This document shows positions 40,628 through 54,001 of a stretch of DNA of 64,000 nt, piece by piece. Below the pieces are notes generated by a model, which was not told the DNA's origin, did not search any database, and was given only the letters and a program-made list of their open reading frames with translations. Position 1 is the first letter of the stretch. The number at the start of each line of letters is the position of its first letter. The translations under genes were made by a program, and so were the position numbers. Source of the stretch: an uncultured Candidatus Rokubacteria bacterium (GTDB taxonomy: Bacteria > Methylomirabilota > Methylomirabilia > Rokubacteriales > CSP1-6); contig CAVXJS010000015.1 in the NCBI GenBank assembly GCA_963762145.1, positions 224,001 to 288,000 on the forward strand, given 5' to 3'.

Positions 40628-41413
40628 CTACCGCCCCTGGAACCGGGGCGCCCGCTTCTCGAGGAAGGCCCGCGTGCCTTCCTTGTAGTCCTCGCTGTCG
40701 AACGTCGTGATGCCCAGGGAGCGGAGGTTCTCGCGATGGGCGTCGGTGATGCCCTCGAAGATGGCCTGCACCTGGGCCTTGGTTCCCCGCACCGAGAGCG
40801 GCGCGTTGGCCGCGACCTTCTTCAGGTAGTCGTAGGTGTAGGCCTCGAGCTCGGCGGCGGGGACCAGGCGCTGGATGAAGCCGATGCGGAGCGCCTCCTC
40901 CGCCTCCACGGTGCGGGCCGAGTAGAGGATGTCCTTGGCGTAGGCCGGCCCGACCAGGTCCACGAGCTGATGCACCGGATCGAGCCCGTAGATGATGCTG
41001 AGCCGCGCGGCCGGGATGCCGAACTTCGAGCCGGCCGCCGCGAAGCGGAAATCCGCCGCCATCGCGAGCGCCATGGCGCCACCCATGCAATAACCGAAGA
41101 CCATCGCCACCGTGGGCTTCGGGCACACCCGGATAGAGGAGTAGGCGGCCTCGGTCTGCTGGTTGTAGTTGAGCGCGGTCGCGGTGTCCTTGCGGTTCTC
41201 CTGGAACTCGGAGATGTCTGCCCCGGAGGCGAAGGCGTCGGTGCCCGCGCCGCGGTAGACGATGGCGCGCACCGTGTCGTCCTTGGAGAGGCGGTCGGTC
41301 ACCGCGGCGATCTCCGACCACATGGCCAGGCTGATCGCGTTGCGCATCTTGGGCCGGTTGAACACGACGGTGGCGACGGGCCCGTCCTGCTCCACCAGGA
41401 TATGGTCACTCAT
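40628..41413 (-). CDS. Enoyl-CoA hydratase/isomerase family protein
   Basis: FNRPKMRNA, AFASGADISE, GYCMGGA, EGTRAFLEKRAPRFQG. Confidence 0.93.
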   Translation of the reverse strand: MSDHILVEQDGPVATVVFNRPKMRNAISLAMWSEIAAVTDRLSKDDTVRAIVYRGAGTDAFASGADISEFQENRKDTATALNYNQQTEAAYSSIRVCPKPTVAMVFGYCMGGAMALAMAADFRFAAAGSKFGIPAARLSIIYGLDPVHQLVDLVGPAYAKDILYSARTVEAEEALRIGFIQRLVPAAELEAYTYDYLKKVAANAPLSVRGTKAQVQAIFEGITDAHRENLRSLGITTFDSEDYKEGTRAFLEKRAPRFQGR

Positions 41414-41550
41414 GTCGTCTTCTCTCCCTTGGGGCTCGCAGGCGGGCCGCGGTCTGGGTCACGGGGAATCAGTTTATCGGACGGCCGGACCGACTTCAAC
41501 CGAGGGCCTGCTTATTTGGCGATGATTTACCCGGTGCGATAGGATGCGGT

Positions 41551-41724
41551 CATGGACCCCACGCTGCGGATCGCGCGCCCGTGACCCTGGCTCTCGTCGG
41601 ACTCGCGGCCGTGGTCTTCACCGCCTTGGTCGGCGTCGTGCACACCGTCACGGAGCGGCGGCGCCTGCGTCGGACCGAACAGCAGTGGGAGGAGCGGGAG
41701 CGCCTGCTGAACCGCAAGCCGTAG
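41551..41724 (+). CDS. Small membrane protein (probable frameshift near start)
   Basis: MDPTLRI.. continues into VTLALVGLAAVVFTALVGVVHTVTERRRLRR..KP* after a frame change. Confidence 0.4.
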   Translation, partial: HGPHAADRAPVTLALVGLAAVVFTALVGVVHTVTERRRLRRTEQQWEERERLLNRKP

Positions 41725-41730
41725 TTGAAG

Positions 41731-41806
41731 TGGTGGCGGCGGGAGGACTCGAACCTCCGACACGGGGCTTATGAGACCCCTGCTCTGCCACCTGAGCTAC
41801 GCCGCC
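41731..41806 (-). tRNA. tRNA-Met(CAT), elongator type
   Basis: GGCGGCG acceptor stem, D arm GCTC/GAGC, anticodon loop CTCATAA, TTCGAGT T loop, encoded ACCA; G1-C72 paired. Confidence 0.93.
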
Positions 41807-41838
41807 TTGGTAATCAGATCAGCAAGTTGCAGGCAGGG

Positions 41839-41847
41839 ATTCTATCA
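41839..41847 (-). promoter_or_regulatory. Extended -10 element upstream of the tRNA
   Basis: Minus strand TGATAGAAT. Confidence 0.5.
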
Positions 41848-41891
41848 CGCCTCCCCGAGCCCGCCCGGAATTGTGCCGGAAACCGGGCGGA

Positions 41892-42314
41892 TCAGGACGC
41901 GAGGGAGGGCGCGGCGTGCGGCGAGGCGGGAGTCGGCGGGAGCTGGCGCTCGACCGCGAGGCGGAGATCGGCCGCCGGCGCGGGCTTCATGAGCACCGGC
42001 GCGGCGAGCCGCATGAGGAAGTTCGCGTACTGAGGCGTGTACCCGCGCTGGATCCGGAAGATCACCGGCGGAGCCAGCCGGCCGGAGGTCTTCAGGAGCT
42101 CGTACAACGCGGGCCCGTTGAGCTGGGGCATGTTGAGGTCGGCGAGCACGAGATCGTAGCCGTGGCGGGCCAGCAGGGCGACCACGTCCGCCTTCGTGGC
42201 GGCGGTATCCACCGCGTAGCCGGCTTCTCCGAGGACGCGCGAGGTTTCCTGCCGTTCTCGCGCGTCATCATCTACCACCAGGATCCGACCGCGCCCGGTG
42301 AGGGTCGCGCTCAT
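41892..42314 (-). CDS. Single-domain response regulator (atypical receiver)
   Basis: ILVVDDD, DLVLADLNMPQLNG, MKP. Confidence 0.85.
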   Translation of the reverse strand: MSATLTGRGRILVVDDDARERQETSRVLGEAGYAVDTAATKADVVALLARHGYDLVLADLNMPQLNGPALYELLKTSGRLAPPVIFRIQRGYTPQYANFLMRLAAPVLMKPAPAADLRLAVERQLPPTPASPHAAPSLAS

Positions 42315-42958
42315 TGCCGCCCGCTGATGCGGTGCAGGGCCGCCTCGACCGCACGGGTGGCCTGGGCCGCGAGTGCCTGGAGCGCGTCGGACAGGTTATC
42401 GCGCTCTCCGCGCAGCCCCTCGTTGTCCTCCCGGAGTCGCCGCACTTCCTCGGCGAGCGCGTTCCGCTCGGTCTCGAGCGCGCTCATGTCGGCCTGCAGG
42501 TGTCCCGCGTCTTCCAGCCAGCCGCCCAGGACCTGCACCAGCTCGTGCGCCTCGTCCGCCCACCGGGCCGTCTGGTCGGCCACCCGCGCGCCCGCGCCGG
42601 TCGGGGCTCCTCCGTTGGTCCCCTTGCGCGCCACTGTCACGGTGGGCTCGACGCGGGTCGGCCAGCGGCCACGCGAGAGGTCACGCCGGACGCCGGTGGG
42701 CGTGAGATCGAGGACCGCGTAGATCCGCGAGTAGGGCAGCCGGGCCGCCTCGTTCGCCTCGCGGATCCACTGGGACTGTTCCGCGCCGAACAGGCAGAGA
42801 CCACGGGCCTCGGCGGGGAACACCGCGCTGCTGATGTAGCGCACCTTCTTGCCGAGGCCCTGCAGCCGCGCACACGCGGTCACCAGGCCCGGAAGATTGG
42901 AGCGGAAATATTCGGGGGGTACCTGACTCAGATCACGCTCGACTGCGAACAACGGCAT
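42311..42958 (-). CDS. DUF4242-like domain plus C-terminal coiled coil
   Basis: MPLFAVERDL..VRYISS..CLFGA..EANEAARLPYSRI pattern; heptad-rich tail. Confidence 0.7.
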   Translation of the reverse strand: MPLFAVERDLSQVPPEYFRSNLPGLVTACARLQGLGKKVRYISSAVFPAEARGLCLFGAEQSQWIREANEAARLPYSRIYAVLDLTPTGVRRDLSRGRWPTRVEPTVTVARKGTNGGAPTGAGARVADQTARWADEAHELVQVLGGWLEDAGHLQADMSALETERNALAEEVRRLREDNEGLRGERDNLSDALQALAAQATRAVEAALHRISGRQ

Positions 42959-43244
42959 CGTTCTCTATTCTCCTCGTGGGTGCTCACAACGGTCCGGTCG
43001 GATCGTAGGCGGTGCGAGAAGGGGCCGTCAAGTACGGAGGCGCCCTCTAGAAATGCGGGCGCGGACGCGGTCGCGCGCGAATCGCCCCCTTTGATAGGGA
43101 ATCGCGAGGGTGATGCTCGCCGGCCCGCGCCAGCGCTGCGCGCCCGCATCGAGGCGGCCGCGGAGCCGCATCAGCGCGTGCAAATCTCGTGTTGTGGATG
43201 AGTGGGGATAAGTGGATAAGTCCGGCGAAATGGGCAAAATGGCG

Positions 43245-43272
43245 TGGACACTCAAGACCCCTTTGCTATAAT
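43245..43272 (+). promoter_or_regulatory. Strong sigma-70 promoter
   Basis: TGGACA-16 nt-TATAAT with extended TGn. Confidence 0.65.
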
Positions 43273-43311
43273 CCCGCCCAGCGCAAAGGCCTTACTCGGG
43301 AGGAGCTTTAC

Positions 43312-43551
43312 ATGGCCAGCCTCGGCAATCACCCGTGGATCGAAGAAGAGCAGGTGCCGCTGCTCGCGCCCGACGACGAGGACGAGGACAAGGAGGACGC
43401 GGACGACGACGCGGATGACGACGACCTCGATGACGAGGACGATGACTTCGACGACGACGACGATTTCGACGACGACGATCTCGACGATGACCTCGACGAC
43501 GACGAGGAGGACGACGACGAGGAAAAGGACGACGACAAGGACGACGCCTGA
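43312..43551 (+). CDS. Small extremely acidic protein, 79 aa
   Basis: RBS GGAGGAG; 51 of 79 residues are Asp/Glu. Confidence 0.75.
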   Translation: MASLGNHPWIEEEQVPLLAPDDEDEDKEDADDDADDDDLDDEDDDFDDDDDFDDDDLDDDLDDDEEDDDEEKDDDKDDA

Positions 43552-43607
43552 CTAGGCTGAGGGCTCGATGCAGTGACTGATCCGCGGTCTTTCCCGGGAG
43601 GGTAGCG

Positions 43608-44309
43608 ATGGCACTGATGAGCTCCGAGGGCTGGCTGTTCCTCTTGCGCTGGATTCACTTCCTGGCGGGCATCACCTGGATCGGGCTCCTGTACTACTTC
43701 AACTTCGCCCAGGTCCCCTTCTTCGCCGAGACCGAGCCGGGAGTGCGCTCGGGCGCGCAGCAGAAGCTGTTGCCCCGCGTGATGTGGTGGTTCCGGTGGG
43801 GCGCGATGATCACGTTCCTCTCCGGCTGGCTTTACCTGCTTCACTACTGGCTCGGGCTCCGGGGCATCAACGACCCGGGCACCTGGAAGATCCTGCTGGG
43901 GGGGCTCCTGGGATCGATCATGTGGGCCAACGTGTGGTTCGTGATCTGGCCGCGCAACAAGATCGTGATCCAGAACGCGCTCGACACCGCGGCGGGAAAG
44001 CCGGCCAACCCGGCGGCGGCCGCGGCGGGAGCGCGGGGCGGCCTGGCCTCCCGCACCAACGTCGTGCTGTCCTTCCCGATGCTCTTCTTCATGGGCGCGG
44101 CCAACCACTTCGGCACCCTGACCGTCGGCAAGTCGGGGCTGGTCTTCTGGGTCGTGGCGCTGGCGATCATGGTGCTGGTCGAGATCAACGCGCTGGTGGG
44201 CACGCCGGGCAAGGGCGCGGCCAAGCCGCTCGCCACCGTGAAGGGCACCCTCTGGTTCGGCGTGATCCTGACCCTGGTCTACTATCTCTGGTTCGAGATC
44301 ATGAAGTAG
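43608..44309 (+). CDS. Urate_ox_N/PuuD-like integral membrane protein
   Basis: LRWIHFLAGITWIGLLYYFNF, WWFRWGA, NVWFVIWP, ASRTN motifs. Confidence 0.8.
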   Translation: MALMSSEGWLFLLRWIHFLAGITWIGLLYYFNFAQVPFFAETEPGVRSGAQQKLLPRVMWWFRWGAMITFLSGWLYLLHYWLGLRGINDPGTWKILLGGLLGSIMWANVWFVIWPRNKIVIQNALDTAAGKPANPAAAAAGARGGLASRTNVVLSFPMLFFMGAANHFGTLTVGKSGLVFWVVALAIMVLVEINALVGTPGKGAAKPLATVKGTLWFGVILTLVYYLWFEIMK

Positions 44310-44332
44310 ACCCCGCCCGCGCCGCGCGCCCG

Positions 44333-44923
44333 TCAGGGGCCGAGGTCGGTCAGCAGCTCGGCCTTGGTCTCGTCCGACAGGCGGGCGCGCGCGCGCGCGG
44401 CGGGGTGATCGGTCACCAGGTCCACCGGAGCGGTCCGGAAGGCCTGAACCGCCTCGTGGGAGAACGCGAAGCGCACGAAGTGCACCGCGGCGAGCTTCCC
44501 CTTCTCCTCGTCGGAGTGACCCGCCTCGAAGACGCCGGGCACCCGCAGCCCGCCCGTCATCTCCATCCACACGTGATCGCCGGTGTCGATGCCCATGAAG
44601 CGGTCCAGCACCGGCTTGATCTGGTCCTTGTCGGCGATCTCGATGAACAGCGTGGCCGAGAGCTCGCCCGGCCGGGGGAGCAGCGCGCTGTAGACGTCGA
44701 TCTCCTCCTGCACCCGCGCGTCGTCGATGATGCGCTCCGCGCGACACATCTCCTGGATCTGGAACAGGAGCGTCGCCCGGTTCTCGAAGACGAACGAGAG
44801 GTAGGGGCCCACCTCGACCCGCCGCTTCTCCTTCAGCGCGATCACCCGGCGCCGCCGGTCCTCGCGCACCTTCTCGTACTCGAAGAAGTTGATGACGTCG
44901 GCGAGGCGGATCGGGGCCGTCAC
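44333..44923 (-). CDS. DUF3501 family protein
   Basis: [27 protein letters not shown]; known partner of rubrerythrin/Fe-S oxidoreductase. Confidence 0.9.
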   Translation of the reverse strand: MTAPIRLADVINFFEYEKVREDRRRRVIALKEKRRVEVGPYLSFVFENRATLLFQIQEMCRAERIIDDARVQEEIDVYSALLPRPGELSATLFIEIADKDQIKPVLDRFMGIDTGDHVWMEMTGGLRVPGVFEAGHSDEEKGKLAAVHFVRFAFSHEAVQAFRTAPVDLVTDHPAARARARLSDETKAELLTDLGP

Positions 44924-46200
44924 GCCGGGCGCTCCGGATCGAGGCCGTAGGCCTCGGCCAGGATCTGGATGGGGTGCCGCGCGGTCCGCCCGGTGCCCTG
45001 GTGGATCTGCAGCGCGGCGAGCGGGCAGTCGGTGGCGACCCGGTCGGGCTTGGCCGCCTCGACGTCGCGGAACAGGGGCTCGGCCAGCTTCATGGACAGC
45101 TCGAAGTACTCCGTCTTCATGCCCCAGGTGCCGTCCACCGCCGAGCAGCGCTCGATCACCTCGACCGGGGCGCCGGTCAGGCGCAGCACGTCGGCGGAGC
45201 GGGTGCCCATGTTCTGGGCCTTGAGGTGGCACGGCAGCTGGTAGGCGATGGTGCCCGGCGCGTTCGGGAACGTCGTGTCGAGCCGGCCCTTCTCGTGCAG
45301 CCCGGCGAGGTACTCGAAGAGGTCCCGCGTGTGCGCGGCGACCAGGTTGGCGTCCTCCGAGCCGTCGAGCCACGGGTATTCCTGCTTGAGCATGTAGGAG
45401 CACGTCGGGCCCGGCACCACGATCTCCCGTCCGAGCCGGACCTGCTCCGCGAGGCTCTTGACGTTCGCCGCGATCAGCCGCTTGGCCTCCGTCACCGCGC
45501 CCCCGTCGAGGTAGGGCATGCCGCAGCAGCGCTGGGCGGGCAGCGCCACGTCCACCCCGTTCTTCTCGAGCACCGCCACCGCGGCCTTGCCGGTGGCGGG
45601 GTCGTTGTACTCCACCGAGCACGTGGTGAACAGGGCGACGCGGTCGCGCGCCGGCCCGGTCGGTGCGGCGGGCGCCTTCCGCTGGTCGAACCAGCGGGAG
45701 AACGTCTCGCGGTGGAAGGGCGGCAGGTTGCGCCGGGCGTGGATGCCGACCGCCTTCTCCATGAACTTGCGGTTCACCCACACCGCGTTCATCCAGTTGG
45801 AGACCGGCGCGGTGAGACTGCCGATGCGCCCGACCAGCTCGGTGTTGCCGAGGAAGCGGTCCTGCAGGGTCACGCCGTGGGCGCGCGCCTCCGCGGAGCG
45901 GGCGCGCAGCATGAGGCGCGGGAAGTCGACCTCCCAGCGGTGGGGCGGCGTGTAGGGGCAGTGGTTGTAGCAGAGCTTGCACTGGTAGCAGAGATCGACG
46001 ACTTCCTTGACGTCCGCCGCGGGCAGCTTCTCGACGTCGCCGTCCACCGCGTCCACGTCGAGCCGATCGAACAGGACCCGGAACGAGGGGCAGAGCGGCA
46101 GGCAGCGGCGGCAGCCCGCGCAGATGTCGTAGACCCGGCGCAGCTCGGTGTCCACGCGATCGAGCTGCCAGAACTCCGGGACGCGAATGTCGAGTGTCAT
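44920..46200 (-). CDS. Fe-S oxidoreductase (GlpC/heterodisulfide reductase-like, CCG domains)
   Basis: [46 protein letters not shown]. Confidence 0.92.
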   Translation of the reverse strand: MTLDIRVPEFWQLDRVDTELRRVYDICAGCRRCLPLCPSFRVLFDRLDVDAVDGDVEKLPAADVKEVVDLCYQCKLCYNHCPYTPPHRWEVDFPRLMLRARSAEARAHGVTLQDRFLGNTELVGRIGSLTAPVSNWMNAVWVNRKFMEKAVGIHARRNLPPFHRETFSRWFDQRKAPAAPTGPARDRVALFTTCSVEYNDPATGKAAVAVLEKNGVDVALPAQRCCGMPYLDGGAVTEAKRLIAANVKSLAEQVRLGREIVVPGPTCSYMLKQEYPWLDGSEDANLVAAHTRDLFEYLAGLHEKGRLDTTFPNAPGTIAYQLPCHLKAQNMGTRSADVLRLTGAPVEVIERCSAVDGTWGMKTEYFELSMKLAEPLFRDVEAAKPDRVATDCPLAALQIHQGTGRTARHPIQILAEAYGLDPERPA

Positions 46201-46290
46201 CGTCCTCTCACGAGCGGGGATGGCGCGAGGGCGAGAGCCGGGCGCCGGCTCCCGCCCCGGCGCCCGGCCCGAGTCCCGTCGAGGGCCCGG

Positions 46291-46740
46291 CTAGATGGCG
46301 TCGGCCGGCTCCTTGCCCGCGACCTGGTTGAGGCCCTTGGTGAAGCGGCCGGCGTGCGACTTCTCGGCCTTGGCGAGCGTCTCGAACCACTCGGCGAGCT
46401 CGGCGAAGCCCTCGTCGCGCGCGGTCTTGGCCATGCCCGGGTACATCTGGGTGTACTCGTAGGTCTCGCCCGCGACGGAGGCCTTGAGGTTCTTCTCGGT
46501 CTTGCCGATCGGCTCGCCGGTGGCCGGGTCGCCCACTTCCTTCAGGAAGTCGAGGTGGCCGAAGGCGTGGCCGGTCTCGGCGTCGGCGGTGTCCTTGAAC
46601 AGTCCCGCCACGTCCGGGAAGCCCTCGATGTCGGCGACCCGCGCGAAGTACAGGTACCGGCGGTTGGCCTGCGACTCGCCCGCGAAGGCTTCCTTCAGGT
46701 TCTCGTGGCTCTTGCTGCCCTTCAGAGGCTTCCCTGCCAT
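46291..46740 (-). CDS. rbr: Short rubrerythrin (no rubredoxin domain)
   Basis: [41 protein letters not shown]. Confidence 0.95.
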   Translation of the reverse strand: MAGKPLKGSKSHENLKEAFAGESQANRRYLYFARVADIEGFPDVAGLFKDTADAETGHAFGHLDFLKEVGDPATGEPIGKTEKNLKASVAGETYEYTQMYPGMAKTARDEGFAELAEWFETLAKAEKSHAGRFTKGLNQVAGKEPADAI

Positions 46741-46797
46741 GGTGAATCCTCCTTTCGGTTGATGGTGGCGGCGGCTCGGGGGCGGCGGCCCGCCGAG

Positions 46798-47293
46798 CTA
46801 CGGCGTCGCGCGCCGGCTCCGCGCCCGACCACCGGCGCGGCGCTGGCACTCGGAACAGCGGCCGTAGAACTCGATGCGATGGTGCGTGACACTCCCCCCG
46901 CTCTGGGCGGCCACCCGCCCGACAGAGGGCGCGCGAGTGCGGATCGGTGCTCGGCGCCGGCGACGTCGCTGATCCGCCCGCAGCTCGAGGCAGGTGAAGT
47001 GGTGGTGCTCGCTCAGGTTGCCGTCGAAGCGCGCGTGCGGGCCCGGGCAGCTCCTTCACGAGCCCCTCGGCGACCAGCAGGCGGAGATTGCGGTACACGG
47101 TGCCGAGGCTCACGCGGGGCAGCCGGCGGCGGACCATCTGGTGGACCCACTCCGCGGTGGGGTGCGAGTCGGTGCCGCGCACGACGTCGAGGACGACCCG
47201 GCGGGGCCCGGTGAGCCGGAGGCCGCGGGCGCGGAGCGCAGTCTCGGCGCCCTCCGACGCGGGCCGAGCCGCCTTTTTAGGAATGGTTCTCAT
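46798..47293 (-). CDS. Fur/PerR family transcriptional repressor (frameshifted as sequenced)
   Basis: [45 protein letters not shown]. Confidence 0.92.
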
Positions 47294-47333
47294 TACGGAA
47301 CAGGAGAGTACCGGCTCGCGCGGCGCGTGTCAA
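47282..47333 (-). promoter_or_regulatory. Sigma-70 promoter plus Fur-box-like operator over the fur start codon
   Basis: Minus strand TTGACA-17 nt-TACTCT; AATGAGAACCATT vs Fur core AATGATAATCATT. Confidence 0.65.
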
Positions 47334-47419
47334 GCGCCACGCACGCCCGCGCGGCGCGTCGCGCTATTGAAGGCTCCCGGGCCGTCGCGTAGACTCCCCA
47401 TCTCAGGAGGATCGCTCGA

Positions 47420-50248
<2,829 letters not shown>

Positions 50249-50249
<1 letters not shown>

Positions 50250-51508
50250 TGGACTATCACCACCTGCTCGAGGCGACGGGCATCGTCGTCTCGGGCGTCC
50301 TCTTCTACTCGCTGGCCTACGGTTGGTTCGCTCCCGACGACCCGCGCCGGCGGCCCTTCTGGAGGGTCACGCTCGGCCTGGTCTGGGGCGCCATCGCGGT
50401 GATCCTCATGATCTCCCGCATCGAGACCCGCGAGGGCGTCTTCGTCGACGGGCGCGCGATCCCGATCGCCCTCATCGGCCTCTTCGAGGGCTGGGGACCT
50501 GCGCTCATCGCGGGGCTGGCCGCCGCGGCCTACCGGATCTACATGGGCGGTTCCGGCGCGGGGGCGGGCCTGGTCGTCATCATCTCGGTGGCGGTGGCGG
50601 CCGGGCTGGCGCACCGCTGGGCGGGAGGGACCGAGCGGGTGCGGCTCCACCACGCCTTCGCGCTCGCGGTGGGGACATTCTTCATCACCTTCGCCGGCTT
50701 CGGGCTGCTGGGCGAGCCCGGCCGGACCCTGTTCGCGCGCGTCTGGCCGTCCTATCTCCTGCTGACGGTGGGCGGACTTCCGATGCTCGCGCTGCTCATG
50801 CAGAGCATCGTCGAGCGGCGGATGCTCGCCCAGGAGCGCGAGCGCTTCCGCGCCGTCCTCGACGACGCCACCGACGCGGTGCGCATCGTGGACGCGGAGA
50901 GCCAGCGCATCCTCGACTGCAATCGCGCGGACTGCGAGCTCTCCGGCTTCGCGCGGGACGCGATGCTGGGGCGCGACTCCCGCCAGTTCTGGCCGGAGGG
51001 GGGTGCGAGCGGCGCCGCCCGCGCGGAGCCCTCGCCCGAGGCGCGCGAGACGGGGGTGGCGCGGACCCTGAGCGTGCCGTTCATGACCGCGACCGGTCGG
51101 ACGCTCGCGGTGGACTGCTCGCGCCGCACCGTCGCGTACCGGGGCCGGAGTTACGAGATCGTGATCTACCGCGACGCCGCCGAGCGGCTCGCGGGCGAGG
51201 AGGCACGGCGGGAGGCCGCGTCGCTCCGATCCGTGAATCTGCTCGCCCAGGCGGCCGCCCACGAGATCAACAATCCGCTCGCGATCATCATGGGCTACAG
51301 CCAGCTCCTGGAGGAGCGCCTGGCCGCGGAGACCGAGGAAGGCGGATGGGCCCGCACCTGCCGCCGCGCCGGCGGGCGCATCCGGGACGCGGTGGGACGG
51401 CTCAACCGCATCGTTCGCGTCGAGAGCACCGAGTCCACCGGCTCGCTGCCCCCGATCCTGGACACGGAGCGATCCGGGGAGCGACCCGGCGACGATGCCC
51501 GGCGCTAG
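50249..51508 (+). CDS. LytS/YhcK-type 5TM receptor + PAS + HisKA protein lacking the HATPase domain
   Basis: TGATG coupling to uvrA; GVFVDGRAIPIALIGLFEG; PAS; AAHEINNPL followed by a stop ~80 aa later. Confidence 0.85.
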
Positions 51509-52739
51509 GCCCGGCGCTCGGCCAGGGCCACCCCGCGTCTTCCACGGCTGGATCGTGGTGACGGGCGCCTTCCTGATCCTCTTCATGGCGTACGGCACCC
51601 AGTACGCCTTCGGCGTCTTCTTCGCCGCCCTCATCGAGGAGTTCGGCTGGAGCCGGGCCAGCCTTTCCGGGGTCTTCTCGCTATACGCGTTCAGCTACGC
51701 CGCCTTCGCCCTCGTCTCGGGCCGGCTGACCGATCGCTGGGGACCGCGCGCGGTCATCGCAATCGGGGGCGTCCTGCTCGGGCTCGGGCTCATCGCGATG
51801 AGCCGCGTCACCGCGCTGTGGCAGCCCTACGTGTGCTACGGCCTCGTGGCCGCGCTGGGGATGTCCACCGCCTACGTGCCGTGCAACGCCACGGTGGCGA
51901 AGTGGTTCACGCGGCGCCGCGGCCTCGCGATCGGGCTGGCCAGCGCGGGCGGCAGCCTCGGAACCTTCGCGCTCCCGCCGGTCGCCCACCTGGTGGTGAG
52001 CCGGCTCGGCTGGCGATGGGCCTACGTCGTCTTCGGCGTCGCGGTCCTGCTCGCGCTCAACGGGCTCGCGGTGCTCATGCGGCGCGACCCCGAGACGATC
52101 GGTCTCGGCCCCGACGGCGACGCGCCCCGCGCGGGGGCGGCACGCCCGGAGGACTGGACGGCCCGCCGGGCGATGCGGACGCGCGCGTTCTGGCTGCTCT
52201 TCGCGGTGTTCGGCGCGACGTGGATCCCGGTCTTCGTCCCGCTCGTGCACCTGGTGCCGATGGCGCGGGGACTCGGGGTCCCGCCGCTGCTGGCCGCGAC
52301 CCTCGTCAGCGCGCTCGGCGCCTCCGCCCTGATCGGCCGCCTGCTCATGGGGGGCGCGTCCGACCTGATCGGGCGGCGGGGCGCGCTCGCGGTGTCCCTC
52401 GCGCTGCAGAGCGCCGCGTTCGTCGCCTTCGCGCTCGCCCGCGAGCTGCCCGGGCTCTACGTGGCGGCGATCGTCTTCGGGTTCTCCTACGGCGCCGGCT
52501 CGACCCTCTTTCCCGCCGCGGTCGCCGACTACTTCGGGCGCGAGCACGCCGCGAGCATCGCCGGCCTCCTGTTCGCGCTCGCCGGCTCGATGGCCGCCTG
52601 GGGCCCGCTGGCCGCCGGCTTCATCTACGACCGCGCCGGGAGCTACCAGCTCGCGTGGTGGCTCGGGGCCGGCTTCAACGCGCTCGCCCTGCTCGTGCTC
52701 GTCGTCGCCCGGCCGGCCGCTTCGCGATCCCCGGCTTGA
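51495..52739 (+). CDS. MFS transporter
   Basis: About 12 TM segments; GRLTDRWGPR motif A; WFTRRRGLAIG. Confidence 0.93.
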   Translation: MPGARPGARPGPPRVFHGWIVVTGAFLILFMAYGTQYAFGVFFAALIEEFGWSRASLSGVFSLYAFSYAAFALVSGRLTDRWGPRAVIAIGGVLLGLGLIAMSRVTALWQPYVCYGLVAALGMSTAYVPCNATVAKWFTRRRGLAIGLASAGGSLGTFALPPVAHLVVSRLGWRWAYVVFGVAVLLALNGLAVLMRRDPETIGLGPDGDAPRAGAARPEDWTARRAMRTRAFWLLFAVFGATWIPVFVPLVHLVPMARGLGVPPLLAATLVSALGASALIGRLLMGGASDLIGRRGALAVSLALQSAAFVAFALARELPGLYVAAIVFGFSYGAGSTLFPAAVADYFGREHAASIAGLLFALAGSMAAWGPLAAGFIYDRAGSYQLAWWLGAGFNALALLVLVVARPAASRSPA

Positions 52740-52783
52740 CGCCCCCCGCCGCGCTCGCGTAAAGTCCCGGCGCGGAGGATCCC

Positions 52784-53999
52784 ATGCCCTCACTCAAGGA
52801 CAAGTACTGCATCGTCGGGGTCGGAGAGACCGAGTACAGCCGCCAGTCCGCGCGGAGCACCCGCGCGATGGCGGTCGAGGCGGTCCGCAACGCCATGCGC
52901 GACGCCGGGCTCGGCAAGGACGGAGTGGACGGCATGATGTCCTACCAGAGCGGCGACTCCGTCTTCGCCAACTTCGTCGCGCCCGATCTCGGCATCCGGC
53001 TCAACTTCTACATGGACGTCTTCGGCGGCGGCTCCTCCACCGAGGCCCTGATCGGCCTCGCGATGGGCGCCATCGAGGCCGGGATGTGCCACACGGTGGC
53101 GATCTTCCGCTCGATGAACGGCTACTCCGACTTCCGCATCGGCGGCACCGGGGCCCGCGCGGCCCAGCCGGTGCGCGGCATCGACCTGGCCCAGGTGCCC
53201 GTTCGGCATGCGCAGCGCGGGCCAGAACTTCGCGCCGACCTTCATGCGCCACATGTACGAGTACGGCACCACGTCGGAGCAGGTGGCGCACGTGCGGGTG
53301 GCCCACAGCAAGCACGCCTCGCAGAACCCGAAGGCGTTCCTCAAGGAGCGCGTCACGGTGGACGACGTGGTCGGCTCCCGGTGGATCTGCAAGCCGCTCC
53401 ACCTGCTCGACTGCTGCCTCGAGACCGACAACGCCACCGCGCTGATCGTCACGAGCGCCGAGCGCGCGCGGGACCTGCGCCGGAAGCCGGTCTACATCAT
53501 GGGCGTCGCGGGCCGGGTCAACAAGCCGCGCACCGACTTCCACTGGGCCCACGGGCCGATCACCCGGGTCGCGGGCTACTACGCCAAGGACATCGTGTTC
53601 GGCCAGGCCGGCATCACGCCGGAGGACGTGAACGTCACCGGCTCCTACGACGCCTTCACCTTCACCACCATGCTCCAGCTCGAGGAGTACGGCTTCTGCA
53701 AGAAGGGCGAGGGCGGACAGTACGTCTCGAGCGGCATCATCGAGCTCGGCGGCAAGCGGCCCAACAACACCTCGGGCAGCCACCTCTGCGAGGGCTACAC
53801 CCACGGCATCTCGATGGTGATCGAGAACGTGCGCCAGCTCCGCGGCCAGGTCGACGACTACTGCCCGGGCTGGGAGGACGGCAAGCACAGCTACGACTAC
53901 TCGCCGGGCAAGTGCCGCCAGGTGCGAGACGCGCGCGTCACCATGAATCTCGGCTGGGCGATGCCGCCGACCGGCTCCGCCCTCATCATGCGGAACTAG
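52784..53999 (+). CDS. SCP-x/Ltp2-type thiolase-family protein (one frameshift ~53200)
   Basis: IVGVGETEY, PLHLLDCCLETD, YDAFT, NTSGSHLCEGYTHG. Confidence 0.9.
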
Positions 54000-54001
54000 C
54001 G

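Noticed and set aside
41731-41806. tRNA-CAT as tRNA-Ile2 (TilS substrate) or initiator tRNA, given tilS nearby
   Set aside because: G1-C72 is paired (not initiator) and the GGCGGCG acceptor stem fits elongator Met rather than Ile2; proximity to tilS is probably coincidental.
41600-41890. tRNA as an island integration site
   Set aside because: No duplicated tRNA 3' end and no integrase in the window; only a weak IHF-like 13-mer upstream.
43193-43219. Replication origin
   Set aside because: Only three imperfect boxes, no AT-rich unwinding region and no dnaA/dnaN/gidA context.
43370-43548. GAC/GAT trinucleotide-rich tract as a microsatellite or CRISPR-like array
   Set aside because: It is the coding sequence of the poly-Asp protein; no repeat-spacer structure.
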